A stretch of DNA of 64,000 bases from Laetmonice hystrix (Eukaryota): positions 11,470,001-11,534,000 of the forward strand of contig OZ249440.1 of the NCBI GenBank assembly GCA_965235115.1, written 5' to 3'. Positions within the stretch are counted from its first letter, which is position 1; each line of letters opens with the position of its first letter. This document shows positions 56,781-64,000 of this stretch, one piece after another. Both the position numbers and the translations under genes were made by a program. The notes under the pieces were generated by a model. That model searched no databases. It was not told the origin of the DNA and was given only the letters and a program-made list of their open reading frames with translations.

Positions 56781-59188
56781 ACAAGGCTAACGTAGTGGAC
56801 ATTTTGCATGTTAGTAGGAAGCAACGTACTTGGGGGTTCTCCATCCGTTAAAAAAACCGGCGTTACCGACAGTGGCGCCATCTCCCGGTGAGGCCGGGTA
56901 CTACTTTACACCAAGTGTGCTCAGCCATTTTATCAACTGGAAGAAGTGGAACAGAACAGCGTTCTGGATGCGTACTTGGTTCAGGGATTTCCATTTAGTG
57001 ATGGGAGTTCACTTATTAACTGTTTTCCTGTTTACAGGCGATGTCCGCAGATAGAATAATTCAAAGCCTGCAGCGAATAGAAAATGAAAGGAACGCTGTT
57101 TGAAGTTGCAGAGAACATACATGAGCCATTAGTGAGAATTGGTTTGGGTTTTGCAGCATCCTGAAAATTGTACGAACTGCGTATTGCGGTTTTGTTTTGG
57201 ATTACAGTTGTCTGGTAGAAGTTGTTTGTGCTCTTACCATGGAATATTGAGTGTACAATGTAAATAATGGGAGATAGGCGCATTATGTACATCTATTTAA
57301 AGTTGTAGATAACAGTTATGATAATGAACACAGTATTTTCTGACTCCCGGCTGAATATTGGAGAGGATTATGTAGGGGCAATTGACACCAAGGCAAGAAA
57401 AGCAAGACTTTGAGCACTAGCCAGAATACCGATCAAAAAGTCAAGAGTCGTGAACACTCAACAGGCATTGAATGAGGGTGTAAGGGCAAAATCATTGTCA
57501 TCATTTAGATATCATCATAAATTTCATAAGATCATTGAATTTATGCGACGCCCTGCGTTTTTCTTTGGTGTTGGGTTTTGTAAATAAAGGATAGGGTTTC
57601 CACGCCCCTTGAAATTTGTTATACGTTGTTGAATTTGATAGCAAGATGTATAAAGACGACGTGCCCAAATTGAATTGCTTTGGAATGATTTATTGACCAA
57701 TGGAAAGAGCCAGTGTTGAGTGTGACACGTACCCATGAAGACGAATAGTTTATCTGAGGGCTAAAGTTGGCAGTTTAAAAAAGAAGCATAACTCCAGTTC
57801 TTAAAGCTGGTCAAATTTCTGAATATGCATTGCAAAGGAAACGGCCCGTAAAGGCCATACTCTGTGAAACGCGGATTGGCTTTTTGCCTGTCCCAACAGT
57901 CGAAGGGACCTGTTTAAACTTTTTAATATGCATTACTTGAATACAGTCACAGTTACCGGGTATCTGTTCGACAGGAAAGTTTCATTTCTCAGATAAAATG
58001 ACAGTCTTTTCCCCATCTTTAATATACGTGAACTCGCCAAATATTTCGAGACGTCACTGAAATCGTTGTTGGAAGTGAGCGTGGGAACCCTGAGAGAAAT
58101 TGACATTTCATCTATTGGCTTGATGTATGATTGGGTAATACCGAGTTTGGGGCAAGAGAAGGGTGCGAGAGTGTACATGTAGTGAGGTGAATCGTTTGTA
58201 GTGGAAAAATCTTGTGATTGCATGGAAGTTTCTGTCGGCCTGCTTAAAATTGAGAGTGCACAGAATGAGGAGTTATCAATACGGGATAAGGCTCTTGCAG
58301 CACGTGTACCATAGATATTAACTACAGCACTGGATTCTGTTAAACCATGGAATGAATACTTGTCTTTTTCCTAAAAAGGGATAGGAGGCAAAACAGTAAA
58401 AATTGAAAAAACGACATTTGTGTATTTATTTGGTTAACCATTCCAAGGATGCTGTAATGTAGCTTTTCGTTCAAGGTGTCTGTATACATACAACAGGTTT
58501 GTCATCTTCAAAGTAACAAATTCAAGTGAAATATTAAAAAAGTTATTTAATACATTCGTGTTGTTCAGTGGTAGCTATGTTAGAGGGAAGGTTAAACACG
58601 ATAATGTGCGGAAAGCAGTGGGAAATACCTTTACTTCCTATATTATTTTTAGCCCAAAAGAACACCCACAATTTTCGCAAGAAGGTAACCCCAAAATGAA
58701 GTAATAGATGGCAATATTCTCGAGTTTGGTCCAATTATCATACAGATGTTTTAGGACTGCCAATTTTGGATCCCTCTTCCCCCAGCCCAGTTCGGCTTTA
58801 CTTTAAGGATCTATAAACTAGTGGACCAAAGAAGATTCCTATGTCAGGATAGGACTTAAATGATTCGGGGTTATTGTATTTCTCGGATGACAGACTGCAG
58901 ACATTGGTAAGGGGTCACTGGCACTGTGCCGTTTTATGGCTGACTCCGCCGCCCCCCCTAGCGGGAGAACAATGAAGCAGCAATATGGGGCCTTCACGAT
59001 TATTTTGATTACGCGTAGTAAACTACAATTTACGGATATTAATATACTTTGGGTGATTTTTAGGGGGTCTTTTAGTACAAAATCAAAAATGCTCGTTTTG
59101 CTAACGGTTTGCGTTGTACAGCTAGATTTATTATTGACGTAGGGGACATGGGTAGAAGACGTGCGCAGTGTACCGAATTTCAACAACC

Positions 59189-62100
59189 ATGGCCGGCGAT
59201 TCCAAATCGCAGCCGCCGGTCGGACTTCGACGGCGTAAAGCGACCGGAGAACACAAGTCGGAAACACGAGAACCTACGAAAGACATGGGAGAAAAGGTTC
59301 GCGAAGTAAAGGCTCCGGAGCTGCAACCTAATACGTATTGGCTGACGAGAATCGTCTTGCTTCGGTCTCTGGGCTTTGTCTACTGTGAGTACGTTTTTGC
59401 TGTAGAGGGTGGCGGTCGGTGGGTGTACACAGACTGGGGGGGGGGGGGGGGGGGGGTATACTACCGGTGCCTTGTATATTGTTTGGGGCATACACGGTCG
59501 GCGCTGTGGCCTAGAGTCGAGGGACAAACAGGCCGGCCTGCCCTCACGGCCTCAGTGCAGGGATCGGTGGCGTTGGAAAAGGGGGTGGGGGCATGGCCCC
59601 CACCCCGCAATAAATAAATAAATAAATAAATGGGGAGGGGGGACAGAGTATGTTTTGGCCACCCCAGACAGAAAAGATTGATACCCCAGGGTCCGCCAAA
59701 TCCCCCAGAAATGTGGTTGCAACCACAAATTCAAAAGTGGTTGCCCGACAAATAGAACTGGTTGCCCGGAATTTTTTTGTTAAAATATGAAGAAAAGCTT
59801 TAATTCGCAAAAAATAATTTGCCTCAAAAACTTGAAAAGCGTTTCCACACTCCTACTTTATGATTATGGTCATCATTGGCATCAAGATGGCGATAGCCTG
59901 GCTGGTCATTGTTCTATTGCAGTGTCTGGCTCAAAATCCTCAAACTTCGGCCCATCAACTGCAAGTTACGTTATTTGCTCGGCCGACTCTGCACTGTCAG
60001 CACCAACATTACTCTCATGCTCAGATGCTGGCTGGCGGCAACATGTAGGCTTCAGCCCAGCCCCAGGGGCCCGTTGCATAAAAAAATCCCCGCCCGCTCC
60101 GTGAAAATTGCCCCGTTAAAATAGCGGGCACCTTTTAGGTGCCCGTTAAAAAACAACAGTTAACATCCCGTTAACTGACCGTTAGCGGAGGATTTAACGG
60201 GCGGGGTTTTTTATGCAACGCACCCCAGGGCCAGGCACACATGATCATGTCAGTCATGTGACATGTACTGATGTAGTCGCCCGATGGGCGACCAATCTGT
60301 TCAATCTAGTTGCCCGGACCGAAATTCTGGTTGTCCCGGGCGCTCGGTCCCTCGATTTGGCGGACCCTGTACCCCAACATTAGCTTAGGCCTAGACATGA
60401 CATAATAGGCCTACATGCAGGAACGTAGGAAAATAGGGGAAGGCGAGGGGGGCCATCTCTCCCCCCCCCCCCCCACTTTTAAATGTGGGAGCTAGAATAT
60501 CAATCAGAGCCTTGTGAACAATTCAATGCGTTTTGGAACTACTTTTGCCCCCTGGCCTAGACCTGTATTGAATTATAGATGAGTATTAAATATTTATGAT
60601 TGCAAGGAATACCGGTAGACTAGTTTAAATGTCGAGAATACAGGCTAAAGTCTCACATTGGTTCTATTTGTTGGCAGATACACTGAAAGCTGAGTCATTA
60701 CAAGGGGTTTTGTTTTAAGATTTTCAATCTTTCTTATCAGATATTCTATGACTTTCTTTTCGAATTACATCAGAGAGACTTAACGTCATTGGAGATCACA
60801 AATAAATTGAATTTCCATCTAAAAGTTGTGAGGATTTGTGGATTCCAAACTCGCCACAAAGTTTTTGGACTGATGGTGTAGAGGGTTGTATTAGTCTTTT
60901 CATGCAAAGTATGACTGTATCAGTGGTAGATTCAACCAACGAGTATACTCGTTGATTCAACCAACAACCTCTGACGGTTGGGATGCATCAATAGGTCACA
61001 AGGTACTGGCAGAATTAATGTGTAGATATGATTGATATATATATTAAAATATACATGTTACTAAATAATTATACAGACCTCTGTCTATAAAATGTAGTGC
61101 CTGTGGTTAAATTTAGACCAATCGGTGGTTTATGTTGTAGGAGTTTCATAAATCAAACAATGTTGAGCCATTGAATATGAATTGTTTTCAAGTTTGTCCC
61201 CCAAAGTTGATTTATGAACTGCATAATGAAGGATTCCCACAAAAACCAGGCAAAGTCCAAGAATATTATAAATACTTGCTCAAGTCCAGGAAAGGTTAAG
61301 GTCGAGTCAAATTCCAGAAGACGATTCACAGTTAGGGTGTTGTTCTTTTACAGTGTAGATGTCCTATGCTAAACTATTTGGTTTATAAAAATGTGTACTG
61401 AAGTAACATTTTAGCAGCTTTTGACTCTCATATGATGTGGAATTAAATGTGGCTGAATTTAAAAAAGTGCAGTTTTCATGTTTTGTTGTGTTTTCCAGTC
61501 GCAAAAACAATGTATTGCATTGAAAAAGGGGAAATTTCTTAAAAAGCAACAATCAGAATTTTAGTCCTGGAAAATTGCAATTCTATCCTGAAAAACTCCT
61601 AGGGAAACTCCTGGAATTCTGGTTTAAGATTCAGTTAGAAGGTATGTACACCATTGTGTGTATAAAAATGAACTGCTACTTTCAATTGTTTTCAGGGTTA
61701 TTTATTTTAATGAGATTGATTTTAATGTTTCAGTTGTGGCCTTTCTAGTAGCTGCTCATCAAAATGGCGCTCTGCTGGGTGCACGAGGGCTGCTTCCTGT
61801 GCCAAAGTACCTGAGGCAGGTGAAGAATATTGCAAATGGAAACTTCATGGAACAGCTACAGCAAGTTCCTACAATACTCTGGTTCTTTAACTGGGAGGAA
61901 GTAGGTTCCATTCTATATTTATTTACAACATTCTATTTATTTACAACATAGAAATTGAAAATTGAAAAAAGTTGAAAAAAGTGCTTACAGTTCGTGTTTT
62001 TTGAAAAAAAGTTTGTGTCGATATTAGCATTTCCAGGATTTGAGCCGTAAACAAGTTAATCTTGTGTCATAAACTTGGTAGAATATCATAGATACCCCGA

Positions 62101-63561
62101 TCAAGATAATCTGTTGTGTTTCTATATTTTGTATTCTTTTTGTGAAATATAAAAAGATCTATACAAATCTGGAACATGTTTATTTACCTAGTTTTGACCC
62201 TCGGTGGATCTTAAATACTAGTAACCATTCCAGGACGTGGACTTTCTAATGAATGCCATTGCGTATGCGGGTCTAGTACTGTCTGGCATTGTCATGGTAA
62301 CGGGATGTGCCAACGTGATCCTCATGCTTACCGTGTGGTGGCTGTACCACTCCATTGTGAACGTCGGCCAGCGTTGGTATGTGTCACGAATGAGAGGTAC
62401 TCTGTGATTGCTTTAAAGGTGATCAAATTTATGGATGTACATGACAATTAAGATGGCATTTTGAATCAAACAGAGTTCACAAAATGTACAGTTTGATGCC
62501 AGTTGATGGTTTGATAGTCAAACTTTGGAACAGAATATTTTAAAGGACCTTATGATAATAGATGATTATCGTCAGAATCCATGCCAATCCGATTTTGCCT
62601 TGTACATTTGTGATGGCTTGACAGTTTTTCCTAGCCCTGCCCACTGCAGCATTATATATCATCCTCACACTCACAGTCACAGCCTGCAGAAAATTCAACG
62701 GGAGAACACGATCCTCATACATGACTGGGTTTTAACTCTCAAAACTACTTTGAGACTCAAGGCTCTGCCAGACAGACGAAACACTTCTTTCCTTCCTCAC
62801 TTTCTCATAGTCTTTTCTACTGTTACTAATTTCTTGAATTTTTCAGGAATGTTTTTTGTCACTTGGAACATGGTAGCACTAATCACTGTTACCCACAGCT
62901 TACTCTCATTGATTTTGCAGCTTTGTAACCAACTTTTTTTCAAGCCCTGCTTCCAGATAACGTCTGTTCAAAATCATTTGCATTCGTCCGTCAAGTTTCA
63001 TGAAGCTCAATTCCCCCCTCCCCCCCCCCCCCCCCGAAAAAAGAAGAAAATATGAAAACATAAAAGACAACATCATTTGCTGCACTCGTAATTTTGACAG
63101 GCTGCTGTGATGGCAGTAGAAAGTATTATATTATTATGCCTCAATCTACAGCTCAAATGAATTCTTTCTGGAATCTCAGTCCTGACGTTTTTTTTTGCAT
63201 TGAGCCTGAAAGAGTTGCAATATGGGACCCGTTAATAAACCCATACATCCTGACTAGTAGTTGAGACAAAAACATTTCAGGTATATCGAAACTAGTCTTG
63301 AAAAAGGAGGATGCACATGCTTTTGATTTTATTACATCATGCCAGTTCCAAACCCCCACCTGAACGTGATACTGATAGAGTGTGATTAACTCTGATTTTT
63401 AATCCGTTTGTCCATTAGCACTGTGATTGGCTGCTCAACGTTATAGCTTACACTGGCCTGGCCATCTCAGCCGTTGTCATGGTGACCGGCTCAGCAAACA
63501 TGATCATGATGTTGGTTTTGTGGCTGCTCTACCACTCAATCTCCAATGTCGGCCAAGTGTG
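59189..63561 (+). CDS. LMF1: Lipase maturation factor 1, 5' part (gene continues beyond window)
   Basis: Exons 59189-59384, 61734-61900, then 62234-62376 or 63419-63561. Translation LRRRKATG...TYWLTRIVLLRSLGFVYFVAFLVAAHQNGALLGARGLLP...VPTILWF...VTGCANVILM...WLYHSIVNVGQRW is collinear with human LMF1 (LRRRKTG, TFWLTRIVLLKALAFVYFVAFLVAFHQN, PTILWL, ITGCANM, LYMSLVNVGHVW). Confidence 0.92.
59687..60369. mobile_element. hAT-like MITE with 15-bp TIR and 5-bp TSD in LMF1 intron 1
   Basis: TACCC|CAGGGTCCGCCAAAT ... ATTTGGCGGACCCTG|TACCC. Confidence 0.75.
60067..60225. mobile_element. Harbinger-like MITE (CAG TSD) nested in 59687-60369
   Basis: CAG|GGGCCCGTTGCATAAAAAAA ... TTTTTTATGCAACGCACCC|CAG. 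Confidence 0.75.
62234..62376 (+). CDS. LMF1: LMF1 alternative exon 3a (143 nt, phase 0 to 2)
   Basis: CATTCCAG acceptor, GTATGT donor; encodes DVDFLMNAIAYAGLVLSGIVMVTGCANVILMLTVWWLYHSIVNVGQR(W). Confidence 0.88.
63419..63561 (+). CDS. LMF1: LMF1 alternative exon 3b (143 nt, phase 0 to 2), paralogous to 3a
   Basis: GTCCATTAG acceptor, GTAGGA donor; open frame HCDWLLNVIAYTGLAISAVVMVTGSANMIMMLVLWLLYHSISNVGQV(W); same length and phases as 3a. Confidence 0.82.
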
Positions 63562-64000
63562 GTAGGACTCGCTCTTGGCTTTTTTTTCTCCCCCGTAGTT
63601 TCCTTCTTTTTACTTTAGCTCTCTCCAGTGTTGTCCACTTGTTTGTGTAAAGCGTTTTGTTTATTAGATCACTGTTGTGCAGGGTTCCAGTGGACACAAG
63701 CGAGCAATATTTTCAGAGTTATTGTGTGACCCAAAAGTAGAAAAAAGTTTAATCATGCTTTGTGGCAGGCAGGATTATTTGAAACCAGTTGAGTTTCGAC
63801 TTTCACTCTCGCTTGCAACTAGATGTCATGTCACCCCGGCAGAAAGGGTTGAAGAGGATACCTGCACATTCTGCTGACCTGCCCCTTATCATTATCAATA
63901 TCGGTAGCTCTGCCAATGGGAGCCCAGTCATTAATGAAATTATTATTAACGACACGCCTGCTATTCATTCCTAGTAAGACAGGCCCCAGGTGTATGTACA

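Noticed and set aside
62525-63055. 176-aa ORF between LMF1 exons 3a and 3b
   Set aside because: No similarity to LMF1 or to exons 3a/3b, non-ATG start, intron-like composition; not a third alternative exon.
63190-63820. Possible docking/selector pairing around exon 3b (AGTTGCAA/TTGCAACT)
   Set aside because: Only 8 bp, within chance expectation.

Overview
Eukaryotic (animal, probably marine invertebrate) genomic DNA; not prokaryotic, and no CRISPR array, rRNA or tRNA gene was recognised. The first ~29 kb is repeat-rich DNA (MITEs, LINE remnants, mini- and microsatellites) with no confidently assignable gene. Three spliced protein-coding genes follow on the + strand: a BHMT-family Zn-dependent homocysteine methyltransferase (8 coding exons, 32539-36602, 367 aa), preceded by a decayed, transposon-disrupted duplicate of its first coding exon; mitochondrial Hsp70/mortalin HSPA9 (17 coding exons, 39493-56780, 700 aa); and the 5' part of lipase maturation factor LMF1 (from 59189, running off the window). 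Two features stand out. (1) HSPA9 introns carry about 25 box C/D snoRNA genes in six families, often many per intron: 8 SNORD31-like, 7 SNORD82-like, 4 double-guide RNAs combining SNORD19 and SNORD36 specificities, 2 SNORD56-like, 2 U18-like with a 3-nt register shift, and 2 orphans. (2) LMF1 has two paralogous 143-nt exons with identical phases, the signature of mutually exclusive splicing, which swap Cys for Ser at the human C145-equivalent position. Exons were assembled and rRNA pairings worked out by hand; human rRNA numbering and snoRNA names are recalled from established maps, not from a database search.
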